NCBI GenBank assembly: GCA_001782805.1
Contig: MFPT01000002.1
Location: forward strand, 133,401 to 197,400
Origin: Candidatus Magasanikbacteria bacterium RIFCSPHIGHO2_01_FULL_41_23
GTDB lineage: Bacteria > Patescibacteriota > Patescibacteriia > Magasanikbacterales > UBA922
Reading direction: 5' to 3'
DNA: 64,000 bases
Shown: piece after piece, positions 39,376-49,315 of the stretch
Position numbering within the stretch: the stretch's first letter is position 1
How the letters are laid out: each line of letters starts with the position of its first letter
The notes under the pieces: model-generated
Databases searched by the model: none
What the model was told of the DNA's origin: nothing
What the model saw: the letters and a program-made list of their open reading frames with translations, nothing else
Position numbers and translations under genes: made by a program

Positions 39376-40356
39376 CTATTTAAGTTGATTTTTCACCAAA
39401 TCCCAATACCGCGCATCGCCTCGTTTTTCCTTCATAAACGCCCACCATTCCACGCCCCACAAATACGCGCGCGGACTGCCAATATGGCGCACATAATCCA
39501 AATGTTTTTGCAAACGCCGAGGATTCATGCTTTTTTCTTGTTCTGCTATAGCAGTATTTTCCGGATTGGAATCCGTAAACCATGGTTCGGCCTGTAATTC
39601 CGCCACGAATACTTCCGATAAATTCCGGCCATATATCTGCGCTTTCAGCCGATAAAAACTGGCCGGCAACCAATCATAATAAAAATAAAATCCGCTCGGA
39701 GTACGCACGACACGATAAATAGTTGTGCCGAATAAATCCGCAGAATTTATGGCTTGGCGCCACGTGCTTAATTCTCCACTGTCCGTTACCATTATTTTAT
39801 GATGGGGATCCAATGCTTTCACCAAAGCGATTTCTTTCGAAACCAATGATTCATCAAAATCCGCGCAATCACCAAACGCAAAACGAATAAACGGTTCATT
39901 TTCCACTTGCCAAATTTCCAAAGCCGCATGCTCCCGATAACGTTCTACGACTTGGCGCACATATTCCTGCAAAAATTTTTCTTTATCAGAAACGGTTTTA
40001 TACCAATTTGGCACGTGACATTCCGGCCAACGCGGTGTTTTTTGACCAACCACAAGCGTAACTTTAACTCCGCGCTTGCTCGCTTCATCCAGCAAAAAAT
40101 CCACATTATCAAAATTAAATTTTCCTTGTTCCGCTTCCACTTCACTCCACATCGCGGCCACACGAATATATTTTGGTTGTAAATCATCCAACATATCGCG
40201 ATAGATTTTTTTCCAATCCAAGCCCAATGACGCGGCATGATTATGATTAAAACTAAGGCCAAATTCCACCGGATATATTTTTAAACTTAAAAATAATAGA
40301 CAAGCATACCCGCTGAAAACAATGATCGCGATTACTAAAAAAATATTCCTTATCAT
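39376..40356 (-). CDS. Membrane-anchored clan GH-A glycoside hydrolase (GH5/GH42-like)
   Basis: WSEVE..GKFNF..D, WQVENEP acid/base motif, AELQAEPW nucleophile. Confidence 0.82.
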   Translation of the reverse strand: MIRNIFLVIAIIVFSGYACLLFLSLKIYPVEFGLSFNHNHAASLGLDWKKIYRDMLDDLQPKYIRVAAMWSEVEAEQGKFNFDNVDFLLDEASKRGVKVTLVVGQKTPRWPECHVPNWYKTVSDKEKFLQEYVRQVVERYREHAALEIWQVENEPFIRFAFGDCADFDESLVSKEIALVKALDPHHKIMVTDSGELSTWRQAINSADLFGTTIYRVVRTPSGFYFYYDWLPASFYRLKAQIYGRNLSEVFVAELQAEPWFTDSNPENTAIAEQEKSMNPRRLQKHLDYVRHIGSPRAYLWGVEWWAFMKEKRGDARYWDLVKNQLK

Positions 40357-40358
40357 AA

Positions 40359-41261
40359 TTAAATAATTAAAACCAAACCAATAATAACCAAAACCAAAGC
40401 AGCCGTTTCGACGATGATCTCTCTTTTGGTCAGATATTCTCGCAAAAAATTTGAACGACGATGCGACAAAACAAGAATAATCACAAACATCAAAGCATAT
40501 TGCCAGCCAGCCAACGCATTCACCGCAGTCACACTACCGAGTGCAGTCGCCCATTGCAATAAAAGAATCGCAATAAGACCACATACTTTATCCAGCGCCA
40601 CCAAACCGAGCGGTTGTTTTGTTGTGGAAACTTTTGCGGATTTTTTTGCCGAGGGCAAAAATGTTTTCCAAACAGATGGTAACAATAAAAGAACCAATCC
40701 ACCCAAACCGGCCGCAAAACGCGACCCGATCAAACCGGGGATAAAAGAAAAAGTGTCGTACAGATATTTGGCCGAAACATTGGAAATTCCAAAAAAAATA
40801 CCGGCGACAATGCCAATGGCGTACCAACGCCAATGCGTTTTATTTTGGGGAGTTTTTTTAAATGATAAAAATACAGAAGCCACAATTAATAAACCAATTC
40901 CGGCCATTTGACGGATTGTCAGCGCTTCATTAAGAAAAAATCGCGCCAAAAAAAATGTTGTTACCGTAATCATGGCGCCAATAAACGGATCAATATGACT
41001 CGCTTCACTTTTGGACACGGCCACAAACATCGTATACAAACCCACAATAAACGTGAATCCGGATATTAGCGACACTAACCAAAATTTTGGATCAAAAGAA
41101 AACGGGATAAAAAACCAAGCAAGCCCAACCAACAATAAAAAAACCGTTGAGTAAAATGTATAAACAATCGGCGATTGCTTTTCATTGGTTAAAATACGTT
41201 TATCCAAAATAAAAACCACTGCGAACAGCGCGTATCCAATTAACGCAATCAGTATCCACAT
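40359..41261 (-). CDS. EamA/DMT family transporter
   Basis: About 10 TMs in two repeats, each ending FLxE. Confidence 0.85.
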   Translation of the reverse strand: MWILIALIGYALFAVVFILDKRILTNEKQSPIVYTFYSTVFLLLVGLAWFFIPFSFDPKFWLVSLISGFTFIVGLYTMFVAVSKSEASHIDPFIGAMITVTTFFLARFFLNEALTIRQMAGIGLLIVASVFLSFKKTPQNKTHWRWYAIGIVAGIFFGISNVSAKYLYDTFSFIPGLIGSRFAAGLGGLVLLLLPSVWKTFLPSAKKSAKVSTTKQPLGLVALDKVCGLIAILLLQWATALGSVTAVNALAGWQYALMFVIILVLSHRRSNFLREYLTKREIIVETAALVLVIIGLVLII

Positions 41262-41309
41262 AATTTTTAATCAAACTAATTTTAAATATATATCTCTATT
41301 GATTTATTT

Positions 41310-42665
41310 TTACAACAAATGCATATCTTCAATTTCGCTTTTTTTGCCGCGCAAAACAATATCCTCCACATGATAAACGCCGTTGCGCGGCGCATCCAAA
41401 AAACCTTTCATCGCCGCTTCCGCCAACCAACCGGAACGCAACCAATCAAATAACCATTCATGAGTAAACCGCGGATCCTCTTGTTCAAAAGCCGCGCCAA
41501 TGGAAAGTAGCCATGATTTATTAAATTCTTCTTGCGACCCAATGGTTGGCGCCATAATAATCGGTAAACCCAAGCCAGCATAAAAAGATAGTTCACTCGG
41601 TTTGGTCCAAAGAATATCAGTTTCCAATAACAGTTTGTTGAAAGCCGCGAAATAATCGGTTTTTTGTTCCGCGTACAGAACAGAAATATTGCCTCGATGT
41701 TTACGCTTTAGATGCAATCGTTCCACAGCGCGCGAATATTCGGCGTACACATCCGCCCGCGTTCCGGCCACTAAATTAAGTCGTACTAATCCCGCGTCAA
41801 TTTTTTGTTGCAAACTTTTGAGAATAATCATACCCAAATCACGTTGTGCGCCCGCACCACCAACCGCAAACGTAATACTAATGGGATATTCAGAATTACG
41901 ATCAGCGAATTTCGTCGGAAAAACCTGATCCAGCAAATGTTTATATTTACGCTGATAACGTCCTTCTGGATCCAGATGACGTAAGCGTCGCGCCAAACTG
42001 GTTTTTAAAATTTTTAAGGAATGTCCGCCAATATTTTCTTTGGGCAAAGGAAAACCCGTAATGTTAATTTTTTCTTCGCGTACGCCGTATTGCATCAATC
42101 GTTCTTTGACCCGACGATTGGGAACCAAATAATTAATTCTACTTTTGGACGGATATAGTGGCGCCCAAGCTCGACTCACATCCGCATCACAACATAACAA
42201 ATAAATTTCGCCTTTATAATTATGTTCTTCGGCAAAATACGCGGGAATAAAAAAAGAAGTAATCAGTGGCAATGGTTTTTGATTAAACGTATCAATCAGA
42301 TGTTTTCCCCAGCCACGTTTAATGGAGCCATAAATTGAATTTAACTGTATTGTTGATTTGGATTGATCGCGTTTGGGATAAAACGATTCAATCCTCTGAA
42401 AATAATCCATGGCTGCGAAAATTTTGTCGCCAAAAAATGGAATTGATTTAAAGCGTGAAATCATTTCATATAATTTTTGACTATCATCCCACTTTTTTTG
42501 ATCGCGTTGGGGAATCCCCACATAATGATTGGCATTTATTACTTCGTTTTCTGAATTGGCGCCCAAAATTTGCGCTGTGGCCAAATGACGCAACGGATAA
42601 ACCGCACGTTGATGACCATAACCCATATCGACGGCTACGATATACGCTTTTGTGCTGACAGGCAT
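41310..42665 (-). CDS. Putative GT-B glycosyltransferase (MGDG synthase-like motifs)
   Basis: DMGYGHQRA, ITGFP, GGAG, TKPSE, GSQEEFN. Confidence 0.65.
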   Translation of the reverse strand: MPVSTKAYIVAVDMGYGHQRAVYPLRHLATAQILGANSENEVINANHYVGIPQRDQKKWDDSQKLYEMISRFKSIPFFGDKIFAAMDYFQRIESFYPKRDQSKSTIQLNSIYGSIKRGWGKHLIDTFNQKPLPLITSFFIPAYFAEEHNYKGEIYLLCCDADVSRAWAPLYPSKSRINYLVPNRRVKERLMQYGVREEKINITGFPLPKENIGGHSLKILKTSLARRLRHLDPEGRYQRKYKHLLDQVFPTKFADRNSEYPISITFAVGGAGAQRDLGMIILKSLQQKIDAGLVRLNLVAGTRADVYAEYSRAVERLHLKRKHRGNISVLYAEQKTDYFAAFNKLLLETDILWTKPSELSFYAGLGLPIIMAPTIGSQEEFNKSWLLSIGAAFEQEDPRFTHEWLFDWLRSGWLAEAAMKGFLDAPRNGVYHVEDIVLRGKKSEIEDMHLL

Positions 42666-42686
42666 AAAAGTTTTGCTGAAAAAAAA

Positions 42687-43952
42687 TTAAATATCCTGCA
42701 TAATAAGATCAGCCACAGCCACTCCACTTGATAACGCGGTTTCCATTGACGGCGCGCCCAAATAATCACCGGCAAAATAATGACCATCATTCCCCTGTTT
42801 TGCCCGCGCTTCCGCTACAAAATCAGTCGTGGCAATAGGCATAGTTTGTTTCCACTGAATCGCAGCAACCAATTTGATTTTTTCAATCTGGGGAAATAAT
42901 ATTTTTAAATTTTTATTTAATTCTAAACTTAATTTGGAATTAGAAAAAGATTTGTCAGTGACTGTTTTATAATTGATAATTAGATATTCTGATTCTAATT
43001 TTGAGGCCATATTTTCGGCCCGAAACAAAGAAGTGATTTGATTTTGTTCAGGATAACACGGCGCGGTAAAAATCGCTGTCCAATTATTTTTGCCATTTAT
43101 AGGCGGAAAATCAGATACACGTACTACTGCCGCGTAAAAATGCGTATAAGAAAATGGTGGAGCTTCAATACAATTTTTATATAACGCACTAACTGAATTA
43201 GCCCAGACAATCGCGTCAAATTTTTGCATTTTCCCTTGGACAGTTATTTTTTTATCATGTACCGCTGTTACCGTAGCGTTACAATGAATCTTTCCTCCTC
43301 TAGCTTTAATCGCGGACGCAACTGTGTTGGTAAATAATTGATTATTACCGCCAAAATAGCAACCAGTCCGCAAATCTCCATGCACCAATGTTTGATAGAT
43401 AAAAGGAGCATAAAATGACATTTGAAATTGATCCAGCGCTGGATAACAGTATCCCTGATTTACACAATCAATAAACTTGGCCAGATTAGTCATTGCTCCA
43501 TTTTTTTTTGGTAAAAATTCGGCGATTGTTTTACTGCCAAAATTTTGTATATCGGGTGTACGAAAATCCGGACGATTTCTTAACCAACCGGGAACTACAC
43601 GCGTGGCAAACGCGACTTTTGCGGTCATGGACACGGGAATTTTTTTTTGACTATAGAATTTTCCGTTTGGTTCAAGCTGATAATAAATCTCCACGTTTTT
43701 TATGCACACCAATTTTTTGACCAAATCCAATTCTCTCATTATGCGATGATAATTATCATACCACGGATAAATAATAAAACCACCCACATCAACTGGATGA
43801 TCATTCACCAATATACTTTTTACTCTGCCACCAACTTCTTCTCGCGCTTCAAACACAGTCACGGCATATTTTTCATCTTTGGTTAATTCATACGCTGTAG
43901 CCAAGCCGGACAATCCCGCGCCAATAATCGCGATCTTTGGCTTAGTTCTCAT
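42687..43952 (-). CDS. FAD-dependent oxidoreductase (amine oxidase/protoporphyrinogen oxidase-like)
   Basis: IIGAGLSGLATA, EAREEVGGR, YFAGDY..SMETALSSG. Confidence 0.85.
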   Translation of the reverse strand: MRTKPKIAIIGAGLSGLATAYELTKDEKYAVTVFEAREEVGGRVKSILVNDHPVDVGGFIIYPWYDNYHRIMRELDLVKKLVCIKNVEIYYQLEPNGKFYSQKKIPVSMTAKVAFATRVVPGWLRNRPDFRTPDIQNFGSKTIAEFLPKKNGAMTNLAKFIDCVNQGYCYPALDQFQMSFYAPFIYQTLVHGDLRTGCYFGGNNQLFTNTVASAIKARGGKIHCNATVTAVHDKKITVQGKMQKFDAIVWANSVSALYKNCIEAPPFSYTHFYAAVVRVSDFPPINGKNNWTAIFTAPCYPEQNQITSLFRAENMASKLESEYLIINYKTVTDKSFSNSKLSLELNKNLKILFPQIEKIKLVAAIQWKQTMPIATTDFVAEARAKQGNDGHYFAGDYLGAPSMETALSSGVAVADLIMQDI

Positions 43953-44437
43953 ACCAATTCTTCAAACTTGCCGATAATTTTATTTTTCTGGACATTATTC
44001 CAAAAAAAATATTTGCCATTCATGGCGATATATATTCCCGGTGCCAAAGCTTGAGCCAAACCAAAAGCACAGCCAATATTAAACAGAGCATCGGAATTTC
44101 CAAATCTAAACGGAAGCATTGATCCGGTCAAAACAATAGTTTTATTTTTTATTCCTCCAGCCAAAACTTGCGCGGTTTGAACCATAGTATCAGTGCCATG
44201 AGTTATAACAATTCTATCTTCGACTGCATTCTGACAATTTTCTAAAATAATTTGTCGATGCGCATCGGTCATCAAAAGGCTGTCGATGAGCATGAGCGTG
44301 GTAATTTCCACATCAGCTTCGGATCGAGCGGCTTTCAATATCTCGGGCAAATGAGTATCTTTAAAAAATAACTCGCCGGTTAATTCATTATATTCTTTAT
44401 CAAATGTTCCGCCCGTAACGAATAATCTGATTTTCAT
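43949..44437 (-). CDS. Short asparaginase-domain protein
   Basis: TGGTFDK, DS, ITHGTDTM, VLTGSM, SDALFN. Confidence 0.85.
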   Translation of the reverse strand: MKIRLFVTGGTFDKEYNELTGELFFKDTHLPEILKAARSEADVEITTLMLIDSLLMTDAHRQIILENCQNAVEDRIVITHGTDTMVQTAQVLAGGIKNKTIVLTGSMLPFRFGNSDALFNIGCAFGLAQALAPGIYIAMNGKYFFWNNVQKNKIIGKFEELV

Positions 44438-44462
44438 ATAGTTCGACAGGCTTACTATAAAA

Positions 44463-44494
44463 AAGTGCCATAGTAAAAGTATACCATGGCACTT
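44463..44494. terminator. Terminator-like hairpin after the DEAD helicase
   Basis: AAGTGCCATAGTA/TACCATGGCACTT, followed by a U-tract on the minus strand. Confidence 0.65.
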
Positions 44495-44528
44495 ATTAAT
44501 GTCAATGTAGTGTATTTATCCAGGAAAT

Positions 44529-45827
44529 TTAACGATAGGACGACCGACGCGGCGCACCTCCGCGCGTATGTTGTGGCGTACGACTGGGATATGATCCGCG
44601 ACCAGAGTTTGCCGAATATTGCGGACGAGACTGTGACGCAAATTCTTTTTGATAAGGAATTTTTGGTAATTCGGGAATAACCGACAAATCCGGTAAAGCC
44701 AAAACTGTAATTGATTTGCGCGTGAGGCGTTCAATATTTCGCAGTTCAAATCGTTGATTTGGTTCAACAAAAGAAATTGCTTTACCCGCACTTCCGGCTC
44801 GGCCAGTACGGCCAATGCGATGGACGTAATCTTCCAAATTATCCGGCAAATCAAAATTAATGACCAATTCAATATTTTTAACATCAATTCCCCGCGCGGC
44901 GATATCAGTGGCAATCAAAACCCGGAAAATGCCGGTTTTGAAACCGTGTAACGCGGCTTTGCGTTGCGCGAGTGATCGGTTGGAATGAATTTCCGTTGAA
45001 CTATGCTTCATTTGGCGCACATTACTGGCAATTTTTTTTGCCCCATGTTTGGTACGAGAAAAAACCAAGACTGTTCCTTTGACTTGATCCAAAACCGCTT
45101 GTAATAACTTTGTTTTGCCTTCTTTAGAAATTACATAGGCGGATTGAACCACAGGCGCGGCCGCTGTGCCGGCCGGAGAAACTTCCACTCGTTGTGGAGC
45201 TTGCATAAACTTATGCGCAATTTGGACAATTTCACTCGGCATGGTCGCAGAAAATAACAATGTTTGCCGTTTTACTGGAACTAGAGACAAAATTTGTTTA
45301 ATCTGCGGCGCAAAACCAATATCAAACATTCTGTCTGCCTCATCCAAAACCACCACGCTTACCGCTGATAAAGAAACAGTTTTTTGTTTTAAATGATCAG
45401 CCAAACGACCAGGAGTAGCGACAATAATATGTGGATTGCGCCGCAATTCTTGAATCTGTTTATGCATTGACGCGCCACCAATAACCACGGCAGTTTTAAG
45501 TCCCACACTAGTACCGATTTGACGAAGCGTTTCTTCTACTTGAAGAGCCAATTCACGCGTAGGAACTAAGACAAGGCCTTGGCCTTTTACTTGTGCCAAG
45601 CGCTGAATCATCGGCAGACCAAAAGCCAATGTTTTGCCCGTTCCGGTCTGAGCAATACCTACCAAGTCTTTTCCCAAAAGCGCAATCGGAATTGCCTGCT
45701 CCTGAATGGGAGTAGGCACGGTATATTTGTGACGTATTAAAACTTCCAATAACTTGTTGGCCAAGCCTAGTGCGGCAAAGCCCGATGTATCCTTTGTGTG
45801 TTCCATAAAATATATATGACCCGACAT
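44529..45827 (-). CDS. DEAD-box RNA helicase (RhlE-like)
   Basis: PTPIQ, AQTGTGKT, PTRELA, TPGRL, DEAD, SAT, HRIGRTGR. Confidence 0.96.
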   Translation of the reverse strand: MSGHIYFMEHTKDTSGFAALGLANKLLEVLIRHKYTVPTPIQEQAIPIALLGKDLVGIAQTGTGKTLAFGLPMIQRLAQVKGQGLVLVPTRELALQVEETLRQIGTSVGLKTAVVIGGASMHKQIQELRRNPHIIVATPGRLADHLKQKTVSLSAVSVVVLDEADRMFDIGFAPQIKQILSLVPVKRQTLLFSATMPSEIVQIAHKFMQAPQRVEVSPAGTAAAPVVQSAYVISKEGKTKLLQAVLDQVKGTVLVFSRTKHGAKKIASNVRQMKHSSTEIHSNRSLAQRKAALHGFKTGIFRVLIATDIAARGIDVKNIELVINFDLPDNLEDYVHRIGRTGRAGSAGKAISFVEPNQRFELRNIERLTRKSITVLALPDLSVIPELPKIPYQKEFASQSRPQYSANSGRGSYPSRTPQHTRGGAPRRSSYR

Positions 45828-45918
45828 TCACTGGGCCATATAATGACACAAAGATTCGAGTCTGAATGAAAAATCACTATACTAAATTAACGATAGATTG
45901 TCAAGGCGATTTGTGGAT

Positions 45919-47646
45919 TTATTTTGGAGTGGTGGTAACAATCTCCATAGCTTGACGCGCAGTAAAAGTATAAATCTGAAAAAGTTCCTCATTATTTCGA
46001 TTAAGAACAGGGTGGTAGCTTATTCCCTGATTTTGAATCTTCTTAGCCAAAACATCAGGATGCAGTCCATCAAAACGAGAATCTGGGTTACGCAATGCCG
46101 CTGGCATGGTATGAATATAATAAAAATTCATGTCCGGATCAACTCCATACAAATTGGACAATTGCGCAGACAGATTGGTCATAACCATAATAGGCCAAGC
46201 CTCATAAAAAGTCCGACGCGCCAATGACCACAAAAGAAAACGTATTTCCAGTCGTGGATCGTACAAAAGTATGACTGACGCTTTTTTACCTTCACGCGGA
46301 TGAGCTTGAGCATAGGCATTCATTTTTTTATTTAAATCTGCGCTTTTGGTAGTGGGTTTGAAAACTGACACTTTGTCTTGGAGCAGATTTTCCAATAGTT
46401 TATCCAAGGCCTGAACGCCATTATTAGGTACAATAAGCGAAGGCGCATAGGCCAGTAAGCGCGGGCCAAACGGTTTAGCCTGTCCTCCCCACAGCACACT
46501 GTTTACTGTAAACAAAAGTTCATACAAACAAAAAATTAAAAAAATAATCCAAACAATCCGAGGTTTGAATATCGCCATTAACTCATCAATAAAAACCGCG
46601 CTGATCGCGCATAAAAATGGCACGACATAAAATAAAAACCTGATAGCTGAACCAAAAGACAAAGTCATAGCCAGCAAACATCCTGTTGAAAGTAATAAAA
46701 CTTTTTGTCCCAATGGAACATATTTATTTTTAATCCAGCACTTGGCAGTCAAAAAAATCATTGAAGCCAAACCAGCCAAAGAAATAGCAAAAAAAACCGG
46801 TGAAAAAATCGAACCAAAATTGGATAATCCGGCCAGGCGATGGAGAATCGATCCCCGTTCTTCTTTGCCAGACAAAAACAACCAATCCGGTTTTATATCC
46901 TGATGCAATAAACTGGCCCATTGCAAATCAAAATGATGTCGGCTTTGGTACATCTCGATGTTATAAATAAATACCGGAGAAATGATTAGTAAAAAACCAA
47001 GTATTCCTATCCAAAAAGTTTTTTGTCGATAGATATGTTTTTCATTGATTAAAAACAAAGCATACACCGGCACCATTGCGAGTGCCACATATTTAGCAAT
47101 CACACTGAGTCCCAAACTAATCCCCCAAGCCACGAAATAACGAGGCTGTTCGCGCGCGCGCAGAAAAAAATACAAAGTGAGTAAAATAAAAAATAAAGTA
47201 ATTGATTCCATCATCGCTGTGCGAGCATAGAACACGGCCAAAGAATTAAACGCAAACAAAATCATCGCAATCAAGGCACTGCGCGCAGTAAACAATTGCC
47301 TCATAATTAAACCAAGCAATCCGACTGACAAAATACCCAGCAAAGCTGATGGCAAACGCATGACAAACACACTCACTCCAAAGACAGACAGAAACAAATG
47401 CTGAAACAAAAACACCAACGGCGGATGATCATGAAACGACAATCTTACCCACCACGGCACAGCCGTAAACCAATCATACGGCGTTGTCTGCAAATCACTG
47501 GCCAAAGAATCAATCATACCAATACTGCGCACCATATAGGCCGGCTCATCACCGGCAATTTCTCCGGAAGATAAAAAAATAAGCCGTAAACAACTGGCCA
47601 GTAAAATAATACATAACAATTGATAGCGAAAACGTATTCTGAACAT
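45919..47646 (-). CDS. GT-C glycosyltransferase (PMT/ArnT, GT39/GT83-like)
   Basis: GDEPAY, DHPPL, RLPSAL, YARTAMME, AKY; many TMs. Confidence 0.88.
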   Translation of the reverse strand: MFRIRFRYQLLCIILLASCLRLIFLSSGEIAGDEPAYMVRSIGMIDSLASDLQTTPYDWFTAVPWWVRLSFHDHPPLVFLFQHLFLSVFGVSVFVMRLPSALLGILSVGLLGLIMRQLFTARSALIAMILFAFNSLAVFYARTAMMESITLFFILLTLYFFLRAREQPRYFVAWGISLGLSVIAKYVALAMVPVYALFLINEKHIYRQKTFWIGILGFLLIISPVFIYNIEMYQSRHHFDLQWASLLHQDIKPDWLFLSGKEERGSILHRLAGLSNFGSIFSPVFFAISLAGLASMIFLTAKCWIKNKYVPLGQKVLLLSTGCLLAMTLSFGSAIRFLFYVVPFLCAISAVFIDELMAIFKPRIVWIIFLIFCLYELLFTVNSVLWGGQAKPFGPRLLAYAPSLIVPNNGVQALDKLLENLLQDKVSVFKPTTKSADLNKKMNAYAQAHPREGKKASVILLYDPRLEIRFLLWSLARRTFYEAWPIMVMTNLSAQLSNLYGVDPDMNFYYIHTMPAALRNPDSRFDGLHPDVLAKKIQNQGISYHPVLNRNNEELFQIYTFTARQAMEIVTTTPK

Positions 47647-47682
47647 AAAATATAGTGTATCACACTTGACCAATCTAAAACA

Positions 47683-47712
47683 AAAACCACCCCGAGTGAT
47701 CGGGATGGTTTT
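47683..47712 (-). terminator. Intrinsic terminator after the 47756-48880 gene
   Basis: AAAACCACCCCGA-GTGA-TCGGGATGGTTTT. Confidence 0.75.
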
Positions 47713-47713
47713 G

Positions 47714-47742
47714 GTTAATTAAAGTTAATTAAAGTTAATTAA
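47714..47742. repeat. Tandem 10-bp repeat (GTTAATTAAA x about 3)
   Basis: GTTAATTAAAGTTAATTAAAGTTAATTAA. Confidence 0.8.
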
Positions 47743-47755
47743 GTGGACAAAAACT

Positions 47756-48880
47756 CTATGAAGCAGTAAAGGTTATGACGCCATTACAACTACCTCCTAA
47801 AGCAGTCCCTGCAGTACTAGGAACTATATCTAAAATCCACCAAGTAGTTGAGGGTGCTTCAGTAGTAGTAACCGTTTGCTTACCATATCTTATAGCTAAA
47901 TTTCCAGAAGTTCTAAATGCTTCAGCACTGTTTGATGAAGAAACAACTTTTGTAGTAGCTTGAGTAGTATAACTAGTAAGCGTTGATGTTGTGTAGGCTA
48001 GACTTGATACACCGATAGTTCCAACTGTACAATTAAACGGATTGCTCTGTACTTGAATTGTAGTAGAGGCATTGTTACCACTATTAATTATACGTATCGA
48101 TTGCGCCGATCCTATACTTCCGACAACACCTGATGCCGCACCATAGGCAATTGAACCAAAATCCAAAGTGGAAGAAACATTGATGGATGTCAGTGTCGCA
48201 AGTTCAAAGTTAATTGCAGTAGATGTAGCGGAACGAGCACCATTACTATCAATGGCAATTGCTTCAGCCTTCCAATTTTGGGCTGAATAAGCACCGCCAG
48301 CCGAACCAGCACCACCCGAATCAGTGGCATCAGCAAAATGCTTGATAGGGAAAGTACATCTAAAACCTACTTGAACAGTAGAGCTTGGTGTACAACCATT
48401 ATCGATAAAAATACAACGACTAGTACTGGTAATCAAGGGATCGCCATCACCCGTGTTATCATTAGAATTAATGTAGCACCTCATATCATTTTTTTCTGTG
48501 GTACTGGAAGAACAACCTAGACCAGGTACAGTGTTGTGACGATAGACATATACTTCAAGCCGACCACTGGTACTGGCAACTTCAAAACAACCATTGTTGT
48601 CACTGACTTTGCCATATACATATAACTGTGTGTAAGTCTGTTCATTGAGAGTAAGAGGGGTGGTACTAGGAGAACTGAGCAAAGTTCCCGCTCCTGAAGT
48701 ACTGGTGTTAACCGTAATACTGTCAATCGTAGGCGTGGCGTTACTGACAGTTGCAGAAAAAGTGTTATCGTCGGCTTGAGAACGCAGTGAAACAAATACA
48801 AGGAGTATAAGCACACCGGCCACTCCCAGAAAGAGAGCAACAAGATAGTGGTTATACTTAGTTTGGGGATGTTCTTGCAT
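47756..48880 (-). CDS. Secreted Ser/Thr-rich beta protein, candidate major fibre subunit
   Basis: Signal peptide ending SQA-DD, several Cys, C-terminal WWIL..GSCNGVITFTAS; paralogous to the C-terminus of 55231-58995. Confidence 0.75.
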   Translation of the reverse strand: MQEHPQTKYNHYLVALFLGVAGVLILLVFVSLRSQADDNTFSATVSNATPTIDSITVNTSTSGAGTLLSSPSTTPLTLNEQTYTQLYVYGKVSDNNGCFEVASTSGRLEVYVYRHNTVPGLGCSSSTTEKNDMRCYINSNDNTGDGDPLITSTSRCIFIDNGCTPSSTVQVGFRCTFPIKHFADATDSGGAGSAGGAYSAQNWKAEAIAIDSNGARSATSTAINFELATLTSINVSSTLDFGSIAYGAASGVVGSIGSAQSIRIINSGNNASTTIQVQSNPFNCTVGTIGVSSLAYTTSTLTSYTTQATTKVVSSSNSAEAFRTSGNLAIRYGKQTVTTTEAPSTTWWILDIVPSTAGTALGGSCNGVITFTAS

Positions 48881-48911
48881 AATCGTACATAATATGATTT
48901 AAAATAATGGA

Positions 48912-49184
48912 TTATTTTTTGTCTTTTTTTAAAACCTCTACTGATACATTTGTTGCGTCATCAGTTGTACCCTTAACAAATGCCTTGATCTTTACGGTGT
49001 CATCTGGACTTGAATCACCAGGAGTTGCCGCAGGTGCCGAGGGTAAAGGGACAGCTTTTGTTCGTGTATACCAACTTCGTGGTTTACTATTTTTTTGTGA
49101 TGTTGGTTGCGCGAGGATAATTATCCCAGCCAAGATAGAAATCCCTACCCATCCAATACCGATGGGAATAAGATATTTACTCAT
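48912..49184 (-). CDS. Small membrane-anchored protein
   Basis: SD GAGGAGGTG before the ATG at 49184; N-terminal TM, Pro-rich linker, C-terminal beta strands. Confidence 0.7.
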   Translation of the reverse strand: MSKYLIPIGIGWVGISILAGIIILAQPTSQKNSKPRSWYTRTKAVPLPSAPAATPGDSSPDDTVKIKAFVKGTTDDATNVSVEVLKKDKK

Positions 49185-49315
49185 ATACACCTCCTCTCAA
49201 AATAACGGTCTGCTTATAACTCATAGAATAAAATTAAACGTATCTTTATTAAATTAATTTAATTATACATTATTTTGCTAGATATATATATATCAAAATT
49301 TTAGCTGTGGATAAA

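Noticed and set aside
47714-47742. Tandem GTTAATTAAA as a CRISPR array or iteron set
   Set aside because: No spacers, only three 10-bp units in a 3' UTR; probably slippage
49185-49315. AT-rich region with a DnaA box as oriC
   Set aside because: Only one box, no dnaA/dnaN nearby, and no box cluster
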